Positions 30,116-40,733 are shown, numbered from the stretch's first letter. The stretch is DNA of 64,000 bases from Opitutales bacterium (GCA_049599475.1 JBMYOQ010000015.1:13649-77648); one strand, 5' to 3'. The notes: generated from the sequence alone by a model not told the origin. Translations and numbers: made by a program.

Positions 30116-33100
30116 CCGCAGGCCGTTAATATTTCCTCTGCGCTGGACTGTGCATCCGCAGCCTTTGCGAGGCGAGCGTAATCCGTTTTGCCCGAAGCAA
30201 GCTTTGGAAGCGATTCAAGGTATATGATTTCCTTGGGAATCCATAGATTGGGGAGATCGGAAGGGGACAGGAATTGTCTGAGCTCTGAGGCGTCGAGCTT
30301 TTCTTCGGTAAAGAGAACAAGCTTTTCTCCTTTTTGCTCATCTGGCTTTGCGCAGATCGCGAGGTTTGTGGATAGGCTGTGAGATGTGAAGACGTCTTCT
30401 ATCTGTTTTTCAATTGAATCTAGGGGCGCCATTTCTCCACCGATTTTTGCGAAGCGACTCACCCGACCTTCGATGAAAAGAAATCCGTCTTCATCGATGC
30501 GAACAATGTCTCCAGTGTGTAGCCAGCCATCGCGAAAGCGTTCGGTGTTTGCGGAGTCGTTGTGTAAGTAACCGACTGATACATTTGGTCCCTGGACCTC
30601 GAGAATGCCTCGGCCGGCACCATACTGAATAGATCCAGTTTCTGGATCCACTAGGCGTGCTCGAATGCCAGGAAGTAGTCTTCCCGAGCTATTGGCACGT
30701 TTTCCCTGTCTCCAGCTCTCCTCCTTGCCGTTTCGGAATTCGGGGTTGGACACATTGAGAGAGATTACAGGGCTGGCTTCGGTCATACCGTAGCCAAGAA
30801 GGATTTCCGACTGAAATTTCTGTTCCCAGGCGCTTTGAAGAGTTTCAGGCAATCGCTCAGCGCCCGCTATCACGGATCGCAGAGTAGATAGCTCTTCGGG
30901 TTTTGACTTCTTTAGGTAGGATCGAAGGAAGGTGGGTGTGGCCAGAAGTATGGTCGCTGATTGCTCTTTAATAGCTTGGCTAGATGTCTTTGAGTCTAGT
31001 GGGTTGGGGCATGTGATAAGTGTGTTGCCCGAGACTAAGGGCATCCAGCACCCAATGGTGTATCCAAAGCTGTGGAACGGGGGTAGGTTCGATAGGATGC
31101 GGTCGTCTGTTCTCACCGCAGCACATCCTTTAACCTGAAGGCAGTTTGCCAGAATGTTCGCAGGAGTGAGGACCACGCCTTTAGGTGTTCCAGAGCTGCC
31201 GCTTGTAAAGAGGATTGTGGCCTCTTCAGGGTTCGATCTTTTAGACAAGCTTTTTGCTGAGAAAATGAAGGTGCGAATTCCAGCGATTAATGTATCTTTC
31301 AAGCTCGGTTTGAACCATGAATCAATCGCCACCACTTTTGTCGATCTGGGTGCCTTGGACTCTACAGTTTTGGCTAGTTTAGATACTGTGAAGATGGTAT
31401 CCAGTTCAGCCGTTTGGGCGTAGGATCTCCATGTCTCGGGTGATGTTGTTGTATTTAAAAAAACTGGAACTTTACCCGTCATCTGAGATGCTAGGTTGCT
31501 CGAAATTGCAGCAGCTCCCATTGGAAGGGCAAAGCCAACGCGTTTGCTTGAGGTTGTAGCTTCGATTTTTTGGCGCAAGATCTCCGAGAGAATGAGTAGT
31601 TTGCGATTGCTGATTTCTTTTTTGCCAGTGCTATAGTCGATAAGTTCAGGGCCTCGGTTTCCTTTGAGATTTTTGATGGCAAGCTCAGTAATGGATGCTT
31701 CATTCTCTGCGCGATTTGTCATAAGTTTTTGTGACAAATCTGTGAATTGATCCCGGAGATTCTCGATTGAGATATTTTTGGAAGAGATGGGGTCGCCGAA
31801 CCGTGCGCTTATTGAATAGGGCAGTGCGCGTGGTTTTTTGGTGAAAAAGCGATTGTCCGAGTAGGAGAAGATGGATCCCCATACTTGGTCCATGAATAGG
31901 GGAACGACTACGGCATTGGACTGGCGAGCAATCAAAACGGCTCCCTTCTTTAATGAGTGAAGCATGCCGGTCTGAGAAATCCCGCCTTCAGGAAAGATGC
32001 ATACGCAGTCGCCAGACTTGAGGGCTTCTTGTGCACTCTTGATAGCGCTACGAGCGCATTTGGGGCATACTGGGATCACATTGAAGAAATTGAATATGAA
32101 CCGAATCCACGGGTTGCTCAAAAGGTCCGCTGAACCCATAAATCTTACTTCTCGTGGTGAGGCGAGGGGGACAATTACAGCGTCTGCCCAAGAGAGGTGA
32201 TTAGCTACTAAGAGTACGCCGCCCTTTAGTGGCATTTTATGAGAATCCTTTACTTTTACACGATAGATGCAGCGCGCTAGGAAGCGAGCGAAGGCAAGAA
32301 AGATCTTTTTCCAGTATTGTGTTGCTAGGACAGCGGCGAGAAGCAGGAGGAATCCTGATACAAGGAATAACTGCTCGTGGTATTGGACTTGAAAAATGTT
32401 TGCTAGACTGTGCATGCCTAGGAGCGTGATGCTTAGGATGTTGGTCAATGCATTTACTTGTGATAAAACAGGACCGCGCTCGCTATCATGAGTGCCTAGT
32501 TGAATCAGGCTTTGCATCGGGATGACCAGGCCTGCTCCTGAGAATCCAATAAGGGCTAGGAAGCTGTATTGTAACCAGGGGTTCGATACCTCAGTGTTGA
32601 TGAGGAAAAAAGTTGCGATGGCTATACTCGCGCATGCAAAAGGTGATAGGTGATCAGCAATCTTTTTCTTTTGGATTTGCCCGACCACAAGGCTGCCAAT
32701 CATGAAGCCGCAACCAATGCTTGCCGCATAGATACCGGCGACTGATGCCGCTGTATCCGGTGCTTCACTACGTACTATTTGAGATAAACAGACTAGGAGA
32801 AATCCGCCGAAGGCATAAAATGCAGCGATGCCGAGAGCTCCAATTCTGAGATCTGATCGCTGTAGGATCTGTTTCAGTTGGGCGAGCAGGTTCTTCGACT
32901 TTGGCTCGGGGGCGCCAGTGTTGCGATATTGCCCTTCCGCAGTTCTATATTTTTGGAAAGCGAATAGAGATCCCAGGGCGGTTAAAACGAGAATGGCGCC
33001 CAAGATAAAGAAAGCGGTGTAAGCGGGAAAATGTGACTGTAGCATGTCGTAACCAAGCCCACCGAGGGTGCCTCCCAGCAGAATGCCGAGCACTGAGCTT

Positions 33101-33543
33101 AGGCCCATCCAGGCGACCCAGCGACCGAGTTTTTCGGGACCGACCCATTCTTTTAGAACAGCTTGTTTTGCTGGAGAGAAGCAGGCGGACTGGCAGGCCA
33201 GCAATCCGAAAGCTAAGAGAACGCCGGCTATGTTGCCCAGTAGAGCTGCTGCGCACAGTCCAATACAAATGAGGCATTGTGCAACCAGGCATCCATGGAT
33301 GACCTTTTCTCGACTATATTTAACACTCATCCACGAGGCCAATGGGGCCAGGAGAATAAATGGGGCGATGAGTAGGGCTGCCGTGAGCGTGGTTGCGGAT
33401 TCGCCCTGTGAGCCAGATAAGGTGCTTGCAATGAGACCTAAGAGGCCGAACTTGGCAAAGTTATCATTGAATGCGACGAGCGCTTGAATCGTGAGCAGGC
33501 GCGCCGGTTTTGGATGAGTCGATTGATTAAGTGTTGTGTGCAT
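30112..33543 (-). CDS. aas: MFS-acyltransferase-acyl-ACP synthetase fusion (Aas-type)
   Basis: MFS N-terminus (AFNDN, FSPAK), NHLSWAD and FPEG acyltransferase motifs, FTSGSSGTPKG and GYGMTE AMP-binding motifs. Confidence 0.9.
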   Translation of the reverse strand: MHTTLNQSTHPKPARLLTIQALVAFNDNFAKFGLLGLIASTLSGSQGESATTLTAALLIAPFILLAPLASWMSVKYSREKVIHGCLVAQCLICIGLCAAALLGNIAGVLLAFGLLACQSACFSPAKQAVLKEWVGPEKLGRWVAWMGLSSVLGILLGGTLGGLGYDMLQSHFPAYTAFFILGAILVLTALGSLFAFQKYRTAEGQYRNTGAPEPKSKNLLAQLKQILQRSDLRIGALGIAAFYAFGGFLLVCLSQIVRSEAPDTAASVAGIYAASIGCGFMIGSLVVGQIQKKKIADHLSPFACASIAIATFFLINTEVSNPWLQYSFLALIGFSGAGLVIPMQSLIQLGTHDSERGPVLSQVNALTNILSITLLGMHSLANIFQVQYHEQLFLVSGFLLLLAAVLATQYWKKIFLAFARFLARCIYRVKVKDSHKMPLKGGVLLVANHLSWADAVIVPLASPREVRFMGSADLLSNPWIRFIFNFFNVIPVCPKCARSAIKSAQEALKSGDCVCIFPEGGISQTGMLHSLKKGAVLIARQSNAVVVPLFMDQVWGSIFSYSDNRFFTKKPRALPYSISARFGDPISSKNISIENLRDQFTDLSQKLMTNRAENEASITELAIKNLKGNRGPELIDYSTGKKEISNRKLLILSEILRQKIEATTSSKRVGFALPMGAAAISSNLASQMTGKVPVFLNTTTSPETWRSYAQTAELDTIFTVSKLAKTVESKAPRSTKVVAIDSWFKPSLKDTLIAGIRTFIFSAKSLSKRSNPEEATILFTSGSSGTPKGVVLTPANILANCLQVKGCAAVRTDDRILSNLPPFHSFGYTIGCWMPLVSGNTLITCPNPLDSKTSSQAIKEQSATILLATPTFLRSYLKKSKPEELSTLRSVIAGAERLPETLQSAWEQKFQSEILLGYGMTEASPVISLNVSNPEFRNGKEESWRQGKRANSSGRLLPGIRARLVDPETGSIQYGAGRGILEVQGPNVSVGYLHNDSANTERFRDGWLHTGDIVRIDEDGFLFIEGRVSRFAKIGGEMAPLDSIEKQIEDVFTSHSLSTNLAICAKPDEQKGEKLVLFTEEKLDASELRQFLSPSDLPNLWIPKEIIYLESLPKLASGKTDYARLAKAADAQSSAEEILTACG

Positions 33544-33554
33544 GCCCTCATATT

Positions 33555-33570
33555 TGCGAGGAGTATGCCA
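33555..33570 (-). promoter_or_regulatory. Putative sigma-54 (-24/-12) promoter of aas
   Basis: Minus strand TGGCATACTCCTCGCA (GG-N10-GC). Confidence 0.55.
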
Positions 33571-33676
33571 TTGTGGGCCCCTGTAGATGTGTGTAGAGTT
33601 GTAAATTCCTCTACACCAGGGGTTTGCGAGTTTTGAATAAAGCTTAATTTAATCCAAGTTCATCCTCTTGAAACCT

Positions 33677-33710
33677 AAAATGCTATCGCGTGTGATTCTG
33701 TGATAGCATT
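33677..33710 (-). terminator. Probable terminator of cysE
   Basis: Minus strand AATGCTATCACA..CGCGATAGCATTTT hairpin. Confidence 0.55.
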
Positions 33711-33736
33711 AAATGTCCTTCAGTCCGGAATATGCG

Positions 33737-34579
33737 TTACTCTTCCTCGATGCACTGATTCATCGCGGTGGCAGGGCAGTCTTCGCTGCGATGTTGTGCT
33801 ACGATTTTTGCAGGCACCCCTGCTACGGTTACGTGTGCTGGGACGTCCTGTAGGACCACGCTGTTTGCGCCCACCTTAGAGTGCGCTCCGATGGTTATGT
33901 TTCCTAAAACCTTTGCTCCAGATGCTAAAAGCACTCCGGTCTGTATTTTTGGATGACGATCGCCTTTTTCTTTGCCGGTGCCGCCTAAAGTGACTTCGTG
34001 CAGGATAGAGACGTTGTCGCAAACCACTGCTGTTTCCCCCGCGACGAAGCTGGTAGCGTGGTCGAGGAAGATTCCTTTGCCAAACTTGGCGGCCGGGTGA
34101 ATGTCCACGCCGAAAGTTTCAGAGATGTGGCTCTGTAGGTAAAGGGCTAGGTGCTTACGGTTTTGCTTCCAGAATAGATGACTGATCCGATAGGCAGTCA
34201 TGGCCTGGAATCCTTTGAAAAACAGCAGAGGCGATAGGTAGTCCTCGCAAGCAGGGTCGCGCTCGTGGATGGCCTGGATATCAGCGCGAACCCGTTCTGA
34301 GATCATAGGATCGGCGTCGAAGGCCTCCCGAAAAGTCATCATGATTTCTTCCTCGGTGCCTGCGATTCGCCCAAATTTTCGTGAAAGGCGTGTGCAGATG
34401 GAATCCTCTAAGGTTTCTTTGGAGAGGACTACGTTGTCGATGAGGCGACGCATGTAGGGCTCCTTTTCGAATACCTGAAGCGCCTCGGACTGGATGCGTT
34501 TCCAGACCGGATCGGTGCTTTCCTTGATTGGATTCTGCTCTGCGAAAGAGGCTTCTGGGATCATAACGCTCATAGTCAA
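33737..34579 (-). CDS. cysE: Serine O-acetyltransferase
   Basis: RDPAC, FKGFQA, VDIHPAA, DHAT, GGTGKEKGDRHPK. Confidence 0.95.
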   Translation of the reverse strand: MTMSVMIPEASFAEQNPIKESTDPVWKRIQSEALQVFEKEPYMRRLIDNVVLSKETLEDSICTRLSRKFGRIAGTEEEIMMTFREAFDADPMISERVRADIQAIHERDPACEDYLSPLLFFKGFQAMTAYRISHLFWKQNRKHLALYLQSHISETFGVDIHPAAKFGKGIFLDHATSFVAGETAVVCDNVSILHEVTLGGTGKEKGDRHPKIQTGVLLASGAKVLGNITIGAHSKVGANSVVLQDVPAHVTVAGVPAKIVAQHRSEDCPATAMNQCIEEE

Positions 34580-34777
34580 AGACGGATTCGAGATAATGAC
34601 AACCGACTTTTACGATTGCTGTTTAATCGATTGGAGCCGTGAGCGCTTTCAAAATTCCACTTAAAAGTGCTGTGGGGTGCCTCCGTGACTTGAATTTGTG
34701 GGATTCCGAGTTTCCTTACGGAGAGAGAAGGCCGGTAATGGTTCAAAACCCAGATGTACTTTCTCAGATCCACAATC

Positions 34778-35383
34778 ATGAAAACAAGGACTCTATTCAT
34801 TCTATCGCTGGCGCTTTCGATCGCTGGCTCGGCTTTCTTGAATGCCGCAAAAGTGGGCGAACCCGCTCCCGCCTTCACATTGTCAGATCTTTCTGGGACA
34901 GAGCATAAGCTCTCTGATTTTGCAGGGAAATTTGTTGTCTTGGAATGGGTGAATCCCGACTGCCCTTTCGTGAAGAAGCATTATGGTTCCGGCAATATGC
35001 AGGCGCTACAAAAGACCTGGACTGACAAAGGGGTTGTTTGGTTATCCATCGAGTCGACGAAGGCGAGCCATCCCCAGTACTATGGTAAGGCAGAGTTAAC
35101 CAAATTTACGAAGAAGGCGGAGACTCATTCCTCGGCATTCCTTCTAGATGAGGGTGGAAAAGTGGGAAAGCTTTATGATGCCCGGACTACGCCTCATATG
35201 TACGTGATCTCTCCAGAAGGTGAGCTGATTTATAATGGAGCTATTGATAGTATTAGCTCGGCCAATCCCAAGGATATTGAAAAGGCTGAGAACTATGTTG
35301 TCGCGGCGCTGACAGCTGCAAAGGCCGGAGATGAGGTATCTAAGAAAAGCACACGTCCGTATGGCTGTAGTGTGAAATATTAG
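34778..35383 (+). CDS. Exported thioredoxin-fold/peroxiredoxin-like (AhpC/TSA) protein
   Basis: Signal peptide; EWVNPDCPFVKKHY, YDARTTPH, YNGAID, YGCSVKY. Confidence 0.88.
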   Translation: MKTRTLFILSLALSIAGSAFLNAAKVGEPAPAFTLSDLSGTEHKLSDFAGKFVVLEWVNPDCPFVKKHYGSGNMQALQKTWTDKGVVWLSIESTKASHPQYYGKAELTKFTKKAETHSSAFLLDEGGKVGKLYDARTTPHMYVISPEGELIYNGAIDSISSANPKDIEKAENYVVAALTAAKAGDEVSKKSTRPYGCSVKY

Positions 35384-35407
35384 TTCTAGACCGTTATTTT
35401 TAATTGG

Positions 35408-35438
35408 AAGGGCCGCGTTCATTAGGATGCGGCTTTTT
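35408..35438 (+). terminator. Rho-independent terminator
   Basis: GGCCGCGTTC..GGATGCGGC-TTTTT. Confidence 0.7.
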
Positions 35439-35529
35439 CATTGGGAAAATTATGTAAAAGCCGTACTAAGTGGCTAAGTGATAATCGATTATGATAAAAA
35501 CGCCTTAAGCTTTTCCGTTTATTATTAGC

Positions 35530-35997
35530 ATGATTTTGTTTGGGAAAATAAAAATTAATACCCCGAGCGACTCTTTGAATGCACGTCCCCAGGTCCTAGA
35601 TAACGGAGTTCTGTTTGGCATTCAGATTGTGGCTTCCTTGTCGTTTGTTTTATCTACTTATTTCGAAAATCCAGTATACTTCTGCGTCATACTAGCATCC
35701 ACCATGCTACTTTCTTTATATTCAGCCCTCTTTGAAAGCTCGGTTCCTCAGGTAATTTGGGGTAAACAAGCTTGGCGCGGAGATGTGACGCCGCAGAAAA
35801 CGAAGACGATCAACCCGCGTGAAGCGATAGCAGAACGTGCTGCAAACGAGCTCATGGAAAAGATTGAAAATCTTCAGTATCAGCCCTTTGAGCGTCAGAC
35901 ATACAGACGGCAATTAAAGGCGTTGATCAGTGATGAATACTGCCCAGACGTCATTCGTCGTCGAGTGCTCAAGCGTCACAAATATCTGCGTTCGTAA
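35530..35997 (+). CDS. Hypothetical membrane protein
   Basis: Two hydrophobic helices and a basic C-terminus; fills the intergenic gap. Confidence 0.55.
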   Translation: MILFGKIKINTPSDSLNARPQVLDNGVLFGIQIVASLSFVLSTYFENPVYFCVILASTMLLSLYSALFESSVPQVIWGKQAWRGDVTPQKTKTINPREAIAERAANELMEKIENLQYQPFERQTYRRQLKALISDEYCPDVIRRRVLKRHKYLRS

Positions 35998-36229
35998 ACT
36001 GAAACAGGTTCATGGGTCGGGTGGGAATCCCGGAATCGAGGTGATAGGCGGCCTCGGTTGAAACGTAATTGATGGCGATTTAGGCTTGCTCAGGTCGCAG
36101 GATTCGCCATTTTCCTCGCTTTCGCTCGGATCTATTAGAGCGAGTTGCAACATACGTTGTAAGCAAACCAAAACCAAACAACCCAAAAGAAACGTCAGTT
36201 TCTCCCGGATTTCCGGGCTTTGAACCAAC

Positions 36230-37063
36230 ATGAATATCACACCTAAAGACCTACTCGATGCAGGTGTCCACTTCGGTCACCAAACACGCCGCTGGAATCC
36301 TAAGTCCAAGCCATTCATCTATGATCACCTCCACGGGGTTTCGATCATCGATCTCGAAAAGACTTACCAGTGCTTAGAAAAAGCCACTGATTTTCTCGAA
36401 AGCCTCGTGGCTTCTGGCAAGGACGTGTTGTTTGTAGGCACTAAGAAGCAGGCCCAGGAAATGATCCGTGAGGCAGCTACTTCCGTAAACATGCCTTTCT
36501 GCGCAAACCGCTGGATGGGTGGAGGTCTTACCAATTTTGCGACTATCAAGACTAGCTTGGCTAAGTACAAAAAGTTCCTCGGCATGGAAGCTGATGGATC
36601 TTTGGACAAGCTTCCTGGTAAGGAAGGCGCAGCGATCCGTCGCCAGATGAGCCGGATGAATCGCAACTTCGAAGGTCTCCTCGAAGTTACAGATCTGCCT
36701 GCAGCGATGTTCGTTATCGACACAAAGAGCGAAGCGATCGCAGTTGCTGAAGCGCGTCGTCTCGGAATCCCCGTGGTTGCGATCGTAGATACCAATTCGG
36801 ATCCATCTATCATCGATTACCCGATCCCTGGCAATGACGACGCTGTAAAGTCTATCCGCATCATTTTGGACGTGATCCTCGAGTCTATCCAGAATGGTCT
36901 CGCGAAGCGCGATCTCAGCTCTCAGCCAACAGCTCGCGGCAACACGATCGCTCCGTTGGTGCGCGACACTACTTTCTACTCTGACGAGCAGCCTGAAGTG
37001 AATCTTCCTGCTGGTTTCGATGAGACATCTACTGCAAGCGAAAGCACTGAGAGCCAAAGCTAA
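36230..37063 (+). CDS. rpsB: 30S ribosomal protein S2
   Basis: LLDAGVHFGHQTRRWNPK, DTNSDP, PGNDDA. Confidence 0.98.
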   Translation: MNITPKDLLDAGVHFGHQTRRWNPKSKPFIYDHLHGVSIIDLEKTYQCLEKATDFLESLVASGKDVLFVGTKKQAQEMIREAATSVNMPFCANRWMGGGLTNFATIKTSLAKYKKFLGMEADGSLDKLPGKEGAAIRRQMSRMNRNFEGLLEVTDLPAAMFVIDTKSEAIAVAEARRLGIPVVAIVDTNSDPSIIDYPIPGNDDAVKSIRIILDVILESIQNGLAKRDLSSQPTARGNTIAPLVRDTTFYSDEQPEVNLPAGFDETSTASESTESQS

Positions 37064-37108
37064 CACCTTTCTCCGACTAAATCCCAATTCTCGACTGAGA
37101 CATATTAA

Positions 37109-37702
37109 ATGAGCACCAAGATCACTGCTAAAATGGTCGCTGAGCTGCGTGAGCAGACCGGCGCTGGAATGATGGACTGTAAGAAAGCCCTTGTTGAATC
37201 CGAGGGTGATTTCGATGCGGCTGTCGATTCTCTACGCAAGAAGGGCATCGCGTCCGCTGCTAAGAAAGCCAGTCGTGATGCTGCTGAAGGCATTGTTGGG
37301 CACTACATCCACATGGGTGGAAAAGTAGGTGTCCTGGTTGAAATCAACTGTGAGACCGACTTCGTCGCGAAGAACGATGAGTTCCAGGAGTTTGTTCGCG
37401 ATGTCGCAATGCACATTGCAGCGGCATCTCCAGTATGTGTTAGCCGCGAAGAGGTTGACCCAGCACTCGTCGAAAAGGAAAAGGCGATCGCTGCTGATCA
37501 ATTCAAGGATAAGCCAGCTGCCGCGGTCCAGAAGATCGTCGAAGGTAAGATGGACAAGTTCTACTCTACAGTAGCTCTCCTTGAGCAGTCTTACGTCAAG
37601 GACCCAGACCAAACAGTTCAGCAACTTCTCACTGCGAAGATTGCTAAGCTTGGCGAAAACATGGTAATCCGCCGCTTCGCACGTTTCCAAATCGGAGCGT
37701 AA
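37109..37702 (+). CDS. tsf: Elongation factor Ts (short form)
   Basis: [25 protein letters not shown]. Confidence 0.98.
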   Translation: MSTKITAKMVAELREQTGAGMMDCKKALVESEGDFDAAVDSLRKKGIASAAKKASRDAAEGIVGHYIHMGGKVGVLVEINCETDFVAKNDEFQEFVRDVAMHIAAASPVCVSREEVDPALVEKEKAIAADQFKDKPAAAVQKIVEGKMDKFYSTVALLEQSYVKDPDQTVQQLLTAKIAKLGENMVIRRFARFQIGA

Positions 37703-37725
37703 TCGGGGACAATTTCCATTTTAAT

Positions 37726-37760
37726 AAAAGCTCGGCCTATTTTAAGGCCGGGCTTTTTTT
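37726..37760 (+). terminator. Rho-independent terminator
   Basis: AAAAGCTCGGCCT..AGGCCGGGCTTTTTTT. Confidence 0.85.
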
Positions 37761-37891
37761 ACGGCCATTTGGGATAAGAGAGCTAGCGGATAGAAGATGA
37801 GTCTGCGTGTAATAATCATTTTACATGAATCTCGCACTAGTGGGTGAATTACGGTTGTCAGACTCGGTGGCTCGCATGATAGCTTAAGGAT

Positions 37892-38590
37892 ATGGGACGG
37901 ATAATTGCGATAGGAGATGTGCACGGGTGTGCTGCGGAGTTCGCGGAGCTCTTGAATCTGCTGTCTCCACAGTCGGACGATTTTATTGTTCAGCTGGGCG
38001 ATATGGTAAATCGTGGTCCGGATAGCGCTGCCGTTTTAAAATTGGTCCGGGAAAATAATATTCGTGCCTTGCTTGGAAATCATGAGAGGCGCCTCTTGCG
38101 TTATCGTTGGTCGAAGGATCGAAGTATTTTGAAGAAATACGATCATGAGACAATCGAGCGACTTCAGCCGGAGGATTGGGAGTTTTTGGAGAATCTTCCG
38201 CCGTTTATCTATAACCAGGATTTGCAAACGGTATTCGTGCACGGTGGATTCAATCCGTATTCAGCTCATGTCTGGCGTGAACAGCCTGTATCGGTGATGA
38301 CGAATATCCAAGTTGTGGATACAGATGGGCGTCCAGCGAAACGTTCTCAAGCTCCAAACGGAACCCCTTGGTCGAAGCATTGGAAGGGGCCCCCATTTGT
38401 CGTTTATGGTCACACGCCTCGTGCCGAAGTAGACCGACAGCCATGGGCTATAGGTATTGATACGGCATGTGTTTATGGGGGGCATTTGACCGCCTGCATT
38501 TTACCTGAACGAGAAATTATTCAGGTGAGATCCCACGGTATCTACGCGCGCAGCAAAACTCTACCCCAACCGACTGAAGCGTCGGTCTAA
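37892..38590 (+). CDS. Metallophosphoesterase (PPP/ApaH-like)
   Basis: GDVHG, GDMVNRGPDS, GNHE, HGG, GHTP, IDTACVYGG. Confidence 0.92.
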   Translation: MGRIIAIGDVHGCAAEFAELLNLLSPQSDDFIVQLGDMVNRGPDSAAVLKLVRENNIRALLGNHERRLLRYRWSKDRSILKKYDHETIERLQPEDWEFLENLPPFIYNQDLQTVFVHGGFNPYSAHVWREQPVSVMTNIQVVDTDGRPAKRSQAPNGTPWSKHWKGPPFVVYGHTPRAEVDRQPWAIGIDTACVYGGHLTACILPEREIIQVRSHGIYARSKTLPQPTEASV

Positions 38591-38608
38591 AAATAGGAAT
38601 TTCTTGAG

Positions 38609-39184
38609 ATGGATGAAACTGATTCAGAAGCGATCGCAGAAGGTCTCGTAATGCTAGTCGTGGATATGCAGCCCACTCTGCTCAAGGCCGTGGATCCAGA
38701 CTATGTTCTCCTAAAGCGAGTGGAATTCTCGATACGAGTAGCCAAATTATTGGGCATTCGAGTGATATTTACTGAACAATCGCCCGACAAACTAGGGTCG
38801 ACTGCTTCGACGCTGCTAGATGCGGCCGGAGGGCAGGACTCTGCTATTGTGTTTTCAAAAACGAGTTTCAATGCCTTTTCGGCTCCGGGTTTGGAGCGAG
38901 CATTGGCGGATTTATCCGATTGCCACATTCTCTTGGCAGGGATTGAAACCCCGATCTGTATCTATCAGACCGCGCTGGATGGGCTATCTCGTGATCATCA
39001 GATTACGCTATTGTCGGATTGCCTTGGTGCGCGCCGTGAGGAGGACGTATCTCCTGTGATGCGTGTATTTGCGGGAGCGGGTGGCACCATTTTGCCATCG
39101 GAGACTGTCTTCTACAGTATTTTATCGGATGCTGAACATCCACAGTTCAGAGACTTTACTAAGCTGGTAAAAGAATATTCTTAA
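38609..39184 (+). CDS. Isochorismatase-family hydrolase
   Basis: VVDMQ, TEQSPDKLG, KTSF, GIETPICIYQT. Confidence 0.9.
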   Translation: MDETDSEAIAEGLVMLVVDMQPTLLKAVDPDYVLLKRVEFSIRVAKLLGIRVIFTEQSPDKLGSTASTLLDAAGGQDSAIVFSKTSFNAFSAPGLERALADLSDCHILLAGIETPICIYQTALDGLSRDHQITLLSDCLGARREEDVSPVMRVFAGAGGTILPSETVFYSILSDAEHPQFRDFTKLVKEYS

Positions 39185-39191
39185 TCGCTAG

Positions 39192-40589
39192 ATGCCTTCA
39201 AAGAGATCCAGAGACGTCCCCCCAATTCCTCGCGATTTGGCCGAGCTGGATGATGCGTGGGTAGACGAGACATTCGCCGATTTCGACTTTGATCAGGCTT
39301 CTGAAATTAGCTCCGAAGTCTTGGAGGGGATCCCAGGTTTTGCGGTTGCCCGGTTGATTAGCCGTTTTGAGAACGACGAGCGCCGTGCGATTCTCAGAAA
39401 AGTTAGCGAAGATAAGGCTGTTGAAATTCTAGAGGAACTCGACGCCGAGTTTACCGCTGAGGTCTTATCGGAGATGCGCGAACCGCGTGCGGTGCGAATT
39501 CTCGGAGATTTTGATCCCGATGATGCGGCTGATATCCTTGAGGAGCTGGAAGATGAGGACCGTGAGCGCCTGCTCGATAAACTCGAGCCTGAGGATGCGC
39601 GGGAGTTTCAGTATCTCTTAAACTACGACTCCAAATCTGCTGGGGGTCTGATGACGACTTCGATTGCGAAAGTCACGGAGACTGAAACCGTGGACGACGC
39701 AATACGTGAGCTGCGCCGTCAGCGGGAGGAGTTGGAAACAATATATTATCTATATGTGATTGATAATGCCGGACGCTTACTGGGAGTCGTCTCAATGCGG
39801 GAAATGCTGCTGGCCCCGGTGGGGAGTCGCATTCGCGAGATAATGAATACCTCCTTGTTTGGGGTGTGTTATCCTGAAGACGACCGCGAATTGGTGGCTC
39901 GCCGCATGTCTGAGCACAACTTGCTTGCCGTCCCGGTAGTGGATCAAGGTTCTGAAATTTTACTAGGAATTGTGACCCACGACGACGTTATCGACGTAGT
40001 CCAGGAGCTCGCGACTGAAGATATCCAGATCCTCGTGGGTGCGGGTGGCGATGAGGATATCCACGACAAAATTTCCTATAGCATGCAGAAGCGCAGCCCG
40101 TGGCTCCTGGTGAACCTATTCACGGCATGTGGCGCGGCGGCTGTTGTATTTTTTTTCCAGGACCAAATTCAACAACTCACGCTCTTGGCTGTCTTTATGC
40201 CAGTGGTTGCCTCTCTGGCTGGAAATACGGGCTCTCAAACACTAGCCGTAGCTATTCGAAGTCTGGCCGTGGACGAAGTGCGCTCGAAAGACTCACTAGG
40301 AATCTGCATGCGTGAAGCATCCAAGGGCATGCTCAACGGACTGGTCATCGGAGCTGCTGCTGCGGCCTTATCTTGGTTTGTCTCCGGCGACATCAAAGTG
40401 GGGGCGGTCGTATATCTAGCAATGGTGCTCAGCCTATCGGTCTCCGGTTTCTCCGGCGCCTTCATCCCCCTAACGCTAAAGCGCCTCAACCAAGATCCCG
40501 CCCAAAGTGCATCGATCTTCCTCACTGCAGTTTCCGACATCACCGGATTCTTCATCTTCCTAAAATTAGGCACCTGGCTCCTCCTCTAA
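39192..40589 (+). CDS. mgtE: Magnesium transporter MgtE
   Basis: MgtE_N, CBS pair (SAGGLMTT, GIVTHDD), GNTGSQ, DPA..S.IFLTAVSD. Confidence 0.95.
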   Translation: MPSKRSRDVPPIPRDLAELDDAWVDETFADFDFDQASEISSEVLEGIPGFAVARLISRFENDERRAILRKVSEDKAVEILEELDAEFTAEVLSEMREPRAVRILGDFDPDDAADILEELEDEDRERLLDKLEPEDAREFQYLLNYDSKSAGGLMTTSIAKVTETETVDDAIRELRRQREELETIYYLYVIDNAGRLLGVVSMREMLLAPVGSRIREIMNTSLFGVCYPEDDRELVARRMSEHNLLAVPVVDQGSEILLGIVTHDDVIDVVQELATEDIQILVGAGGDEDIHDKISYSMQKRSPWLLVNLFTACGAAAVVFFFQDQIQQLTLLAVFMPVVASLAGNTGSQTLAVAIRSLAVDEVRSKDSLGICMREASKGMLNGLVIGAAAAALSWFVSGDIKVGAVVYLAMVLSLSVSGFSGAFIPLTLKRLNQDPAQSASIFLTAVSDITGFFIFLKLGTWLLL

Positions 40590-40601
40590 CTCTTCACACG
40601 C

Positions 40602-40631
40602 CTTATTGTTTCTCGGAATAATTATTGTTGA
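40602..40631 (+). repeat. Left copy of RAYT-linked repeat
   Basis: CTTATTGTTTCTCGGAATAATTATTGTTGA, 25/30 identical to the reverse complement of 47164-47193. Confidence 0.7.
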
Positions 40632-40686
40632 CGATTCGAGGAAACAATCGGCTCACATTTGAGGCCTAGTCTTCTGCAATAATTAG

Positions 40687-40706
40687 TCAGAGTAATTATT
40701 ATTGAC
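40687..40706 (+). repeat. Second copy of RAYT-linked repeat core
   Basis: TCAGAGTAATTATTATTGAC. Confidence 0.55.
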
Positions 40707-40733
40707 GGCTGTAACTCAGGCTAGGAGCGGTTT

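Noticed and set aside
36374..37690. Minus-strand ORFs over rpsB and tsf
   Set aside because: Typical antisense frames of codon-biased genes.
40602..40631. dif/Xer site
   Set aside because: TTATTGTTGA only loosely resembles the XerD arm, there is no XerC arm or 6 bp spacer, and multiple copies exist.
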